The notes below the pieces were generated by a model that was not told the DNA's origin, made no database searches, and worked only from the letters and a program-made list of their open reading frames with translations. A program made the position numbers and the translations under genes. A stretch of DNA of 64,000 nucleotides from Cirrosporium novae-zelandiae (taxonomy: Eukaryota): positions 496,001 to 560,000 of the forward strand of contig JAPETS010000015.1 in assembly GCA_026023565.1 (NCBI GenBank), in the 5' to 3' direction. Below are positions 1-13,071 of this stretch, piece by piece; positions within the stretch are counted from its first letter, which is position 1; every line of letters begins with the position of its first letter.

Positions 1-185
1 TAATGGATCCTCGCCTATCAGGCTACGGAGTTTCGCCATTACCTGGTCAAGCAGCGTCGGCACATGTTTTTTTGTGAACATGTCGCTTTTCTTGCCATCT
101 AACCTCTCAGATTCACCAGGTCCACGTCCACACCGACCATTGATCTTGTTAGAAACCATACAATAAAGTCATGATTTCCATCCTG

Positions 186-2997
186 TTCTTCGATATTTTT
201 CTGCTCTTACTCAGTCTCTTCTTCAGTTTCAACAACTTAACCCCCTTTCTAGGCTTTCCCATTAGAACCGCCATCATAGCCTCAGCTTGAGATTCATTGA
301 CAAGCTCATCCTATGCGGAGTATGCAACTACTGCGAGAAGCCCATTTTTCCATACATTATTATGTTTGCCTGTGACTGGCGACGCCTCTTCCCAATATTC
401 TTCCTCTCCAAACGCGGTTTCAATAAATTCGCGGTAGGCGGGAATGCTATAAAAGTGTTCGACGAACTATATTATATCATCAAATCTTGAGTACCATTCA
501 TTTCGATGGAGTCTTATTTTTCAAATCATAACTACCTTCCGTCCCTACTATGGCCTGTGGAAATGAGATGGCCGTGAGGCTTTTAGCCACTCATTTCCTC
601 GCAGCGACCTGATATACTTGAGCAGCGCCAGCGCTATTCCATACTAACATATACTATTCGCTAAACCTATACTGCTCTTGAAGATATTTTATCGCCCTCA
701 AATTTTCGTATAAATGGTCAAGATGTTTTGCATTTCTAGCAGACAATTCGGAGCTGCCGGGGCTGGGTAATCTAGGGGCGATGAAAGTTTATGGTTGATA
801 GATGCGAATCTAGCAAAATGATGGATCATAGAGCAAAAATACAGTTGTTCGAGGGTAAGAACGAATGACTTAGCAGTCATTTTAGAGTCTCCATGCCCCT
901 CCATAAATATAGCTATTAGCCATTACTAGCGAGGTGAACCATGACTGCAGACATAGAAAGAATAAACACACGTCAGCCAGATACAAGTACTTGTATTATT
1001 GATATCATTGTCTCGGTTCAGTGGTATCCAAATATCGACGGTTTAGAGGGAAATTGTGGTGAGTGTAAGTGGAGAATTATGAATTGAATAAGTTGTTAAG
1101 ACATTTCGGCTGTTCAATTATGGACCCCGAGACTTCTCACTCTTATCTACTTTTAAGCTTATCTCGCTTGGCTACTGTAGGTTAGGATAACAAGTACTTA
1201 CATGTAGGTACTTGTTATCCTCAGTAGAAAATATGAATGGTTGTTTGACCTTCCCACAATTACAGATGAAGAGAACATTTGTAATAAGCCTGTATCTCAG
1301 CAAGCTATTTACCAGCTTTGCTATGTTCACTATATCGATCAAGCATAAATCTACTAATGTCGTTGAGGGAATAGTTATATCTCGAAAGCTAACGATCGAA
1401 TACTTGAAACTAGGGACTGAAAGATCAGAGGACTAGTATTTATGTAACATTTATTTATCCAATACTTTTAAAATGCAAGATAATAGACTGTAAGCCTTAT
1501 CAATTCTCTAACATTTATGTAGCACAACTAGGGTGAATCTTCCTAAGAATCTCATCAATCTTATCGTTACCACAAACTAATGCAAATTGAATACCGAGAG
1601 GCTCCTTTTTTAGCGGCTTCCTAAACAAATGCGTCAACTAATTCTTAGAAGGGGCCACACCGATTGGAAGTGATCATTGACATACAACGTGCGCGTAGGC
1701 ATGGAGGCAAATAGGAAAGTGGCCAGCCAAAGGAAGATCATTCTTCATTGGTCTCTTCCTGGAATTGTGGGATCTTGAAAACGGTCCTAGCGTTGGGTTT
1801 AGAACTTTTCTTTGGAAAGAAAACAGCCAATCTATCTACTTTATGCATGTAGCCTGACTGCTTGTCCCAGTGAAGGCGGATGAAATCCAGATAAGTTGTT
1901 TTCAGTTACATGGAGAATGGCATTTATAATAGAGTAGATGCAACTAAACATACCTGTATCTAACCACAACGCAAGCCAAACACTTTGAGAAATTTCGACT
2001 GCACACAAAGCAGAATCAATAGTGAATGGTACATTGGTATTAGATTTTTATAAAATCTATACTATCGCTATTGATCCTTATAAGCTCTAATGGTTCAATC
2101 CGCAACCAGATACACCTTTATTTCCCAAGCATAATTATGTATTTTGCATTGCCCCCAAAGCAATGTTTTTGTGGTATTTTGTTAATCTAGATCCTATCGC
2201 GATAAAATAGGGTTCATCGTCCTTAGAACTAGATGCCAAGTTAATAGCAAAACCGAATTCCAAGATTGATGATCCTATCCGCAATACTAGAGCACCCATA
2301 CTGGCTATAACCCAAACATCGTACATCTTTCTAGTCTAGTATAAAAGCTCGAGTATTTAAGGAGGTCATCGTAACACATAGCGTTATTATCCTTGATACT
2401 AGGCCTGTATTGATATGGATTCTCTATCAAAGGTGCATGGCCATGTCGTTAAGCGGAAACTGGTGATCGAATCGGAGTTTTTGCGACCTGTCGTGTTCCG
2501 ATGGTGGGTAGCCGCTGGCGACATATGAGGAATAAGAGGCTTACACATGCAGGAGAACGATCTGGGGTGGTTCCTGGGAGGAGGGTACGGAGTACTTCAG
2601 AGCGTTGAGCTTTCTGGGGATGTTGATGTCCTAGATTAGAGGTGATTGACAAAAGCACTCCCGAAGCAAACCTTCCGAGCTAGGAAGAGCTATCCAGGAT
2701 CCTCTCAGGGATATTTCATGATGAAATGTCTGATATCAGGCACAGGAGGGGTAATGCGCACGGCTATTGGGTTCGCAGTATGTATGTTCTAGGATCTGTC
2801 TCTGAGACTCGGCATCTACTAATAAGGCAGGAGTTTGTGAACAGGACCAGTCAGTGCTAAACACCTAAACAGGGTAGAGAAGCTTCCTAAAGAAAATAAA
2901 GATTAATGAAGGATGACAAGGAGAATAAAGGGCTTATGGAGAAAGATGATGGATGTTATAGTTGAATATATTCATCTGGATTGGAGTTAAGGGCCAT
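186..2997 (-). pseudogene. Decayed protein-coding relic of unknown family (multiple stops and frameshifts); boundaries approximate
   Basis: Minus-strand translation gives protein-like blocks broken by stops, e.g. HRNEWYSRFDDII*FVEHFYSIPAYREFIETAFGEEEYWEEASPVTGKHNNVWKNGLLAVVAYSA*DELVNESQAEAMMAVLMG (about 510-255) and HLDHLYENLRAIKYLQEQYRFSE* (about 730-655). Several stops are TAG/TAA, one transition from CAG/CAA. No family recognised. Confidence 0.35.
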
Positions 2998-4470
2998 TCT
3001 AAATCAATAGGACATATGATGATGAATAAGGCTTAGCGTTAGCCGGAAAAGTCCGATTGACAAATTTTCCAGCAACAGCGACTTCACGTTCCCTTTTCAT
3101 CTTCCTTCCAACAACCATTTTCAGTCTTGTTGGTCATCCGTTTGTTGTTTTAATCCATTTCGGAACCGAATGCACCTCGAAATCAATCTCAAATCCAAGA
3201 TTGAAGCGAGAAGTTCGCCTAACTTAGTGGCAGTTTGCTCGCCTTTTTTGCGAGACGAAACGAGAAATAGACACGCGTATTTTAGCTGCCGGTAAGATAA
3301 CTCTTTTCCAGTTCCCTGACTATGATCTCCAAAAGAAGATCAGAAACTTCCATAGCTCGTTATCTTTTCTCGCTTCGGCCTCGCCATGCAGAGGGAAAAT
3401 GATGGCAAAAGTACAAAAATATCCCACTGTCATTGTTGTTATTGCTGGCCTTGTACCTGCGGCCTTTCTTGATGGCTGGTTTATCCCGTCTCCACCTCTT
3501 GGCAACCTCCAGTTCAAGGAGAAGCAGGACAGGGTGAGACGGAGATGGGCAGAATTGGTAAAACTGGCAGAACTGGCAGCTAGGACTGGCAGAAATTAAT
3601 GAGGATCCATGAACATTTTCCCCCAAACTGCTTTCTTCCCTCCATCATCGTCATCATCATCTCCCATTCATCCATTACAGTATTCTGTATACTTCCCACT
3701 TCCACCCCCCCCCCCCCTTGCGGGGCCGATGCATCCAGCCATTCTCAGGTCCTCAGCTCATACCAAGCTTGAACACCCCTTCGACGGATGGTTTGGCATT
3801 AAGGCCCTGGTTGGTCCGGATTCCGAACATCCCTAATATCCTTCTTGGGCTACCCTCCTTCACCATCTTGCCTGTGTTGTACACACATGCATCGTTTTTT
3901 CTAGTTTTACGAGATCTGCTATGCACCTACAGCAGTTAATAAGATAGATTAAGGCTTTTACTAATACAGCACAGCTTTCAGCCTTTTTCCTACCCTCCCC
4001 GAAATTATTAGACAAATATCTCCATAGACACAGCATAATTTCCAAGGGATCGGATATTCGGTGACCCTCCTTCAGCATAAGCTCAGGCACTAAAACTACC
4101 AAACGACTCCTCCATAACGGTTCGTCTTCCCTTCCCACCCAAAAACCTTTTTCCGATTTCCTTTTCGCTTCCGCCTGCGTTATTGCCGCTTCATTATCCA
4201 GTATTCTCGCTTCAGTAATCGGGGCCCTTGAAGATCCATATTCTACATTGCATGTAACCTATTGCATTAAGCCCGGTTGCCACAACCGTTAAGTGAGCTA
4301 GCTAGCTGTCCAGTTCAAACCTTGACGTTGTTGCTGGAGACCATTAGCACAATATCTTTCGGTGCAAGTAGTCATGGTCTTTCCGGATTCGCCAGGCATT
4401 TCAATGTTGGACGCCTTGTGTCACCAACTTCAATGCTGACAATATATTTTCCGCAGAATCTTCCCTGATC

Positions 4471-6656
4471 ATGTCGCAGCAAAATAATAACCAGGCTCGT
4501 CAGCCAACTTCATACGGTTCTCCTCACTCGTATCCGTCACCGTCAATGCAAGCATATGCCTATCCTCCGCCGCAACAGCAACAGAATGTTGAACCATATC
4601 GAAACTCTCCGACCGGCTCAAATGTATCTTTACCGTCTTTGAACCTACCTCCAATTCGTAATATAAACCAGAGTGGTCAGCAGCAGCCTGGGCAGCAGCA
4701 ACAACAACCCACAACACCACAACAACAGCCAGCGGTGCCAGCCCCAGTTGGATCTCCACTGCCACCTTCCATGGGAAATATGGGGCCGTATTATCCTCAA
4801 CCGCCAGGTCAGAATATGCCACAGATGAGCGTCACTTCAAATCAACCAATGCGATATGCCCTTCCAGCAGCGCCGGATGCGAGGATCATGTCAGGTGGAA
4901 GACATAAAAAAGAGATCAAACGTAGGACGAAGACTGGGTGTCTGACTTGCCGAAAGCGTCGTATAAAGGTAAGTAAAAGTCAAAAAAAATTCTTTGTAAG
5001 ATGGGTGTTGGTGGGGTCGTTAGGTTGATCAGAACTGAAGCGAGACTATTTCCCTTGCGGTCGCTTAAGACCCCAACCAGAGCTCCCAGTTCAGAAAGGT
5101 GCTAACTTTATATCTTTGTCGTTAAGTGCGATGAGGGACATCCCACTTGCAGAAACTGCCAGAAAAGCAAACGAGAGTGTTTAGGCTACGACCCCATATT
5201 CAAACCCCAACCAGGTCCTGCTGCTATTCAGCCAGCACCTGCTGCTTCGGCTACCCCAGTCCAAGCTCCACCTGCTACATCTTCCCCATATCCTCCCCCT
5301 CCTCAAGGCTATATGCCGGCTTCAACTCAAAACTTTGCGCAGACCTTAACGGCTGCAATCAGTAATTCTCCTGTGCCATCCATCGAACCTTTCGAATACG
5401 GTGCTGCTATTGACCCTGCGCTCGAGGGTGCATCGTCAACTATGTCGAATCCTGCCAATACATTCGATGCCATCAAATCGGAACCGGATACCAAAACAAC
5501 ACTTGGTAATGGAAATGTCTATCCTTCTGCCACATCAGAGGAAGCAAATCAAAAAGGTTGCCCTTCCAGTCCTATATTATCATCTTTCACTTCCGTATGT
5601 CATGAACCAACGAATCTCGACCCTAGCTTAGGCTAGAGGGTTCTTCCAGAGGCTCAAAGTAGAAGTTCTGTTACCTCTTGGCGCAACCAGTTGCCAGATT
5701 CGCTGGTTTGTGCAATATGTGACAGCTCCCTTGATTTCAACGCATGAATTAGTGAAATGAATCCAGCTGACTAAGGTTTTTCAGCAAAGCGGATCGAAAT
5801 GAATGACATCTTTGCGATTGGTAGATCCGGTGTTACTGCTCAATTGCCTGAGCGTTCTATTCCCAATCCCCAACACTATGGGGATATTACCAATCTATAT
5901 GTTGAGTTTTTTGCGCCTGGACTGGACAAGTTTTTTGAAACACACTGGTTCCGACAAAGGAGTCTTCCTCTTTTAGTCGCCGACACGAATCTATGCGAAC
6001 GATTTGCCGCTCTCCTCGATCGATACAAGGTTCCTCTTGATCAACTTCCGAATGAACATAAGATCACCAAGTCTCTAGAAACCTCGATACTGTGGTCTCT
6101 TATGTGTCTTTGTCGAAAGCGGAATGAAACGATTGATTCCATGCCTGAAGAAGAGAGAAGGGGTCATATCGCAGATGGATTATTAACTGTTCTCCCAAGA
6201 CTAGATATTTTTCAGGCTCTCCTTGAAGGTCGTTATCTAGATGAGAATCCTTTGCCTCCATCGGAATACCCAGTTACAGGATCTGCCCTCGATAAAAAGC
6301 TCAAATATCATGAGATGGAATTTTGGCGTTTGATGGGTCAGTTCCTTACCCTCCGGGATAATGAAGCAAGCTCGGCTAAGGCAATTGATGATACTCTGGC
6401 GGAATGTCGCAAGCTTCTTCAGTCGCATGAGAACCGAGATTTGCTGTATTCCATTGCTGTTGTTCGCCACTTTGGACAGCGCATGAATGAGTTCCCTAAC
6501 AGCATGCCTCATCCAACTACCAACACTGAGGATGATCCTGTGAACAAAGTGATCATTGCCAAGAAGTTCATTGAGAATGAAACTTTCCGAGGTACTAACC
6601 AGGTGGTTAGTCGTATAGCAGACATGACTGTCTGGTCATGGACTCTTTGGCATTGA
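4471..6656 (+). CDS. Zn(II)2Cys6 (GAL4-type) transcription factor; exons 4471-4968, 5127-5556, 5785-6656
   Basis: Spliced zinc cluster RRTKTGCLTCRKRRIK|CDEGHPTCRNCQKSKRECLGY after a Q/P-rich N-terminus. Introns GTAAGT..TAAG and GTTGCC..TTCAG with GCTAAC/GCTGAC branch points join in frame to the 5799-6656 ORF. Confidence 0.9.
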
Positions 6657-8390
6657 ACTAGATTCGAATCAATGAACAAATGAATTCTACAAAGCAACAC
6701 TTGAAGAAATCATTCATGAAACTTTGATTGAACGGCTGAATTTGATTCAACAATGCTAGAAGGGAGTTCAAATATCAGTCTAAAGCGTTCAACCTAGACT
6801 TGATCTCGTTTTCTAATTATTTAGCCTGATCCCTATTCCTCTCTCGACCTCAGGCTGCCTATAGTCAAGCAGGCAAACTATTCTCGCTTGTTCCACGATA
6901 CCCTAATATTTTTTACTCCAGAGGCTGGTATTGAAGACATCAAAAAATGGCCCAGCATGGCAATCTTTCTTTTTATCCCTCTTGGCTTGCTTTTCTTTGG
7001 TGTACTTTTAGCTGGTCGGTTATGTGGAGATAATTACCCACGCCTCGTTTTTCTACGAGTTATCTATTCAAGGATGCAAGCCAAGTTATGGATATTTCTT
7101 ACTACTTCCCGTGCTTCTTTGTGGCACAAATGAGAGCTGGAGTGTTTTATTCTAACTAGATGGGAAATTGCATTGCTTCGGTGGTAGTGAAAGGAGTAAT
7201 GGCGTGCAAAATGAAATTGGAGGGAGCTCTTGTTGTCCTCTCTTCGCTGGCTCTACAAAAGGAAGGTCATTATTAGGCTTTCCCTATCTGTGTATCCATA
7301 ACTTTTTTGTCCCGAACCATCAACCCGGATTAGGACAGGCATAGCTATATTATCGATGGGCAAAATTAATGGACACTGAGAATGTGTTCGTGTGTAACCT
7401 AGTCCAATCATGAGCTTTTTGATCGAGAAGGTTTGTAGCACGTGTGGGATATTGCGACTGCCGGAACAAGAAGGCTCGTCCTCGAATGAAGAGAAAACAT
7501 TGCCAGATAGAGTCATGTTATATTCGAGGTTACTCACATTGTTCACAAAGTAGAAGGTACCACACCATGCATAAAGGTACTTACCTACCTAAGCAGTAGT
7601 ACTAGCTAGCTAGCTACACGAATAAATATCAAGGGAGGAAAGACCTTGTCGGCTAGCTACACAACACACATCCACACCCCGCACCATGCGCTCCCACCAC
7701 GTTTTTGAAAGGCGATAGAGATTTCATGTTGTAGCCCGAGTATGCTCCTTGAGCTGTCGGCGAGCCCGAGCGTGCGGAGAAGAGATGTTTATGCCCTTAG
7801 GCGGAAACGAGGCGGGTACGTGCTGTGTAGGTACTTGTGAGGGAGTTTGAAGGGGGTTGGCTGGGGGTTCGTGGAATAAGTGGATTAATGAAATAGTGGT
7901 AAAGGTTGAAGAAGGTTTGAAGCTTTGGATGGATGGGTGCTTCTGCTGTGGATACTAAGAAATTTCTACACGTAGAGGATACTACGAAGTGGATATGTTT
8001 ACTCGGCAACATATACCAAGTAAGAGGTTCCCTTAAAATTATCAATTACATTAAGCATCTTGAAGTAGGTTGGTATGTATACACAATACATAATTATCTA
8101 GCCTCAGGCATAAAGCAAGCAGGGTTCAAAGGTCCGGGCCGGGAAGGACAGGATAAGGCACGAAGGCTAAGGCTGAAAGACTAGAGGAGAATAAGTACCA
8201 GATGGGCCTCGTATACAAAACACAGTACAACATAGACGTCTGAATTTAGTTATGCATAAATTATCTAAGTAGTCGATTTCCCCATTTCCTATGATCTTCA
8301 GACTCCATATACTCGCCATCTCCACTCACAATTAGATCTGCAAACATTATTTTTTCTCTATGTTCTTATAATGCTAAGCGATATACGGAA

Positions 8391-9464
8391 ATGTCAAATG
8401 AAGGTTCCCAACGCTCTTCATCAAGTACGTCATCTCAACCAAATTTTCCTTTGGGTTAGGATATATATAAATTATATGAATCGTTACTTACTATTTCAAC
8501 ACCAGGTTTCCATCTCGCTGCCGGTTTAGCTTCTGGGGTTATTAGTGCCGTTCTTCTCCAGCCAGCTGATCTCCTGAAAACTCGTGTTCAACAATCTCCC
8601 ACTTCCTCCCTTCGCGGTACACTCCGTACCATATTTAGTTCCAACGATCCAGTAATACCGCAACTCTGGCGCGGAACACTACCCTCTGCCCTTCGTACTG
8701 GCATTGGCTCTGCTTTATATTTTACAACTCTCAATGCCTTCCGAGAACAAATTGCGTTTACTCAACTACGTCTTACTCCAAATTCTAAAAACAAACATGA
8801 ACCCTCATCATCCACCTTGCCCGTCCTTTCCCCCGTTTCCAACCTCCTCGCGGGTGGAATTGCCCGCGCCTCCGTTGGATTCATTATGATGCCCATAACC
8901 GTAATAAAGGTGCGCTATGAGTCGTCCCTGTACAAGTACACCTCCCTGGCCTCCTCCGTTCAGCATATATTGTGTACAGAAGGGTTTCGTGGGTTCTTCT
9001 CTGGCTTTGGCGCTACAGCTATTAGAGATGCTCCTTATGCCGGGTTATATGTGCTCTTCTACGAACAAGGAAAACGAGAATTATCCAAAGTCTCGGCTCG
9101 CTTCTCCAAGACCGCTGCCGTTGACTCGTTGCCCTCCGTTATTCCTCACCAACCAACCCTCACAGCCTCTCGTTCGGCTCAGATAAATTTCGCCGCGTCT
9201 TCCATAGCGGCTGCGCTTGCAACCACCGTTACCAATCCTTTTGACACACTCAAAACTCGCCTACAGCTAGAACCTAGCAAGTACAAGAATATGGTGAATG
9301 CTGCTAAGGTGATGCTGCGAAACGAGGGAATAAGAAGTTTATTTGATGGGCTAGCATTGCGGATTGCGAGGAAGGCTCTGAGTTCAGCATTGGCATGGAC
9401 ATTATACGAGGAGTTGATACGGAGAGCGGAAAATCGTTGGGGAAGACACGGAGCGATGATATGA
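8391..9464 (+). CDS. HEM25: Mitochondrial glycine transporter (SLC25A38/Hem25 family); exons 8391-8424, 8506-9464
   Basis: [79 protein letters not shown] and [12 protein letters not shown]: three carrier repeats with Hem25-type signatures. Confidence 0.9.
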
Positions 9465-10157
9465 TGACCAGGGAATTTTGTTCCCGGGGAAGGTATTGTG
9501 CACGAATAACACGTTTAGTATTTTAGATCAAAAGAGGTTTAAGGCGTAAGGTCACCTTCATTAGGAGTAACCGGAAGCGGACATACTATGCAACTATGTA
9601 CTATATAGGTCGGATATGCCTCTTGGCTCTCTTCTCAGTAAGTTAAAGTGAGAGAAATATTTCGTGTATAATATCCGGAATGAAATAAAGACGAGCTCAG
9701 AACAACTTTTAATTCTCGAAATTGACTGCCAAGGTATAGTATAGCCAATAACGCTCTATATTTTTATGTGATGTTACATTTGCCTACTTTATAAAGTCAA
9801 CATGATTCCCAGCCCCCACTTACAAGCCACCCCGCATCTCTGTCGATCAGATGCAAACATATCATTCTATTGCATGGATGTTTTGATACACCCTGTTCGT
9901 GTGAAAACGGTGTACCTGCCGAGAAAGGCAAGTGCCCAAAATACTAAATCAAAATTCTTAATTTAAGCCATACAAAATTTCCGTTTCGTGGATTATTTTT
10001 TCAGGAGTCGTGTAATTGCACTTGATCGAATGTTGCTACGAAAGATGTATTATTTAACAACGGAATCGCTTTTCTTAGATTCTTATTCTTTGTCTATTTT
10101 TGTCTATAGATGATACTAGAGTGGTTGGGTTCTATGTTTGCTCGTCATTTATTGAAA

Positions 10158-11861
10158 ATGTCTTTCCTGTTTATTGCCCTTTTCTCTCTCCTTCTCACCC
10201 CCATCAACGCCCACACACTCTGCACCGTTCCAGCAGCTCTCAATTCAACTTCTGATTCAAGTTTACTGATCAGTAGTACTGTGTCAAGCTGCGGGAGCAA
10301 TAGCACCATCCTTTTCCCAGCGGGCAACTCGTATACCCTATACACACCTCTCGTGTTCTCCGATCTGTCCAATGTCGAATTTGTATTTGAGGCAAACATC
10401 AGTATTCCAGCAGATGTAGCAATCGTGCAAGGTATAGTCAGCAATTCAAGTATATATCCAGGGCGTTGGATTACCTGGGAGGGTGAGAATGTGACGGTAA
10501 GAGGAAGCAAAAACCCGAACGGAGGATGGTTTCTAGGTATGTCCTGATTTCACCGCGTCGTAAAACTACATGCGGAACTTAAACCGCAGCAGAGTCCATT
10601 TCCTGGAAAGAGAGCTAATATCTGACACTTCTCTAGCTCATGGCGAGCTCTGGTGGGCGACAGGAAATAGGACAAATCGACCGCACTGGCTGCGATTTGC
10701 CGTCATGTATGTGCCACTGTCCTCAACTGAGATAAATTTCCTATGAATAATATCTGTTGACCTGTAATACTCTTAGTGGTCTTACCATCTTAGATATGAA
10801 AATTCTCAATCCTGTTGCATGGGTTTTCTCTCTCTTCCTCTTCCAGCAATGTTTTCATGAATAACACATTGGTGGACGCCCGCACAAGTGCTGGCTTCAG
10901 GTCGACAACTGACTTCCCTTTCAATACTGGTTAGTATCTCTTATAAGATTTTGGCGCTGACAAATATGCATACTGACTGGATCACAGACGCAATCGATCT
11001 GTCTGCCTCTGACGTTCTTATAACATACCTCACCGTCTTCAATGGTGATGACGTTATCAATGTCTCTGGGCCTGCTAGCAACGTCACCGTATCCAACATC
11101 AACTCCATCGGTTCCCACGGTGTTGCGGTGTCCGGTACCTCTGGTAACGTTTCTAACATCCTTTTTGAAAACGCCACTATGGAAAATAGCCTTATGGGTG
11201 CTCGCTTTAAAGGAAAACTTGGCGTAACTGGCTGGACGAGTAATGTCACGTGGAAAAATTTTGTGATCACAAACACGAGTTATCCAATCCATTTTACAGA
11301 AGAGTATGTGGACCAGGAAAAGGGGGCGGCAGGTACCGATACCAGTATTGCGGCCTATGCGAAGAACTTCAAATACATCAATATCAAAGGAAGCACTAAT
11401 TTGGATTTGGCTGATGGGAGCTGTATCACGGATCCGTGCTGGAGTGCTGCAACAGGCGAAGATTCGTCCAAGGCGATATACTTGCTTTGCAAGGACGCAG
11501 CACACTGCAAGAACTTCCATTTTGAGGACATTGATTTCACGACTCCGGTAAGCATTACCTTCCACTTTTCTCTAGTAGCCTCCAAAGACCTATTGGTGCT
11601 TGTATAAGCCCGACTCAACTCTGATGTATATGCGTATCATCAATGAGGGGTATTCTCGGGATGCTCTTACACGGAGTAAACTCTTGGATATAACTTTGTT
11701 TTAAATTCACTTTTTGTGAATAATGGCTTCTTTAACTTGGCAATAAGAAAGACTAACCATGATAATAGAACGGAACTGCTGCCTCAGAACTATGCACGGG
11801 CTTGGAAGGTGTTACAGGCATGGGAATTACTTGCACGAATAATACGATAACTGTAGAGTAA
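10158..11861 (+). pseudogene. Secreted glycoside hydrolase family 28 (exo-polygalacturonase/rhamnogalacturonase-like), frameshifted in exon 3 as sequenced; exons 10158-10537, 10637-10706, 10777-10929, 10988-11547, 11769-11861
   Basis: Signal peptide MSFLFIALFSLLLTPINA. GH28 motifs GELWW..RP, FPFNT|D, NGDD, GSHG, GARFK and YPI. Canonical introns. The frame breaks in a CT run at about 10823-10846, giving TAA at 10862-10864. Could be an assembly error rather than a true pseudogene. Confidence 0.75.
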
Positions 11862-11976
11862 ATAGACTATTGCAATCATAGTCCTCCTGGGTGTTATTAC
11901 GGTCGTTTCTTAAAGCTGACATGGCTTAATAAGTAATAATCAAGCCTGCTCAATGAGAAGACAAAATAATAAAAAA

Positions 11977-12096
11977 ACATACAACAGCTAGTATTCGCTG
12001 GTCGTCACCGACCCAACTACTAACCAACCGGTCTCAAGTTTATGTGATGGTAGAGCAGACGGGATACCCAGTTTTCTTGAGCCTATGGTCGTATGT
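11977..12096 (-). rRNA. 5S rRNA (dispersed copy 1)
   Basis: Reverse complement reads ACATACGACCATAGG...TCCCGTCTGCTC...TTAGTAGTTGGGTCGGTGACGACCAGCGAATAC..GCTGTTGTATGT, followed by a T-run Pol III terminator; 120 nt. Confidence 0.95.
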
Positions 12097-13071
12097 ACTG
12101 GATGAAGTACTTGTAATGATATATCTGAGCGTGGTTGTTACAACCAAGAGATTAGAGAAGAAAAATACTAAACGAAATACAATGTGAAAACATTTTTGTT
12201 TGCGAGTAGGGCTTTAATCATATAATGTTCATAAAATCTAATGAAACCTTGATAGAATAGAAAGTTGTAATGGATGTTAATTGGAACCTCCCCTTCCCTA
12301 TCATTGGTTTAATTCAAGGGGCAATTGGAACCTAACAAAGAATATGCTAGCGGTTTTCTATGTAATTACTACGTAATTGAAGTAAAACGGTTCGGCTAAT
12401 TAAATAGCTTCTTGGAGAAGTGGAAGATGCTTCTGGTGGCTGCGTGTCAACCCTATAAATTAGAGAAATCTCAAGGAAGATCTAGCTATAAAGTAAAAAG
12501 ATAACAATATAGTACTCTCTAGTCTAGTTGAAATTGGAGGTTGTGTAGGTTCATAATTAATTATAATTGTGTTGGCGTTGTGTTTACATATGCATTAATA
12601 CATCATTCAACGGGAAGGTAGGTGGTGAGTCGCGTTTTTTCTGTCGCCCTGTGTGCTATGCTTTTTGCTGCCTAAAACGCGATGTCGACACGCGAGAATA
12701 GAATTCACTAATAAGTTACTTTCTACTTGCACTAATATACAATTATCAACAATTTACCTCTTGCACAACAACCATTACCGAGCCTGATTCAAACTTTGAG
12801 CTTATAGGCAATTAGGTCATTCATGACGGTGAGCTTACAAACTATTAGAATCCATCTTAGCCTCCATTGAAGGTGTTTGCGGGAACACGATAACCAGGGG
12901 AATCTAGAATTCAAAGGTTGGTCGTCCTGAATCTCTGGTCACAGTCATTATTCCAATTAATACAATTTACAATAGGCTAATTATATTGAATGATTTTCTG
13001 TTAAAGGATGGGGGTTTGAGCATTTAGTGTCCTCAAATATTTGATTAAATCTTCAATCGACCATTATCATC

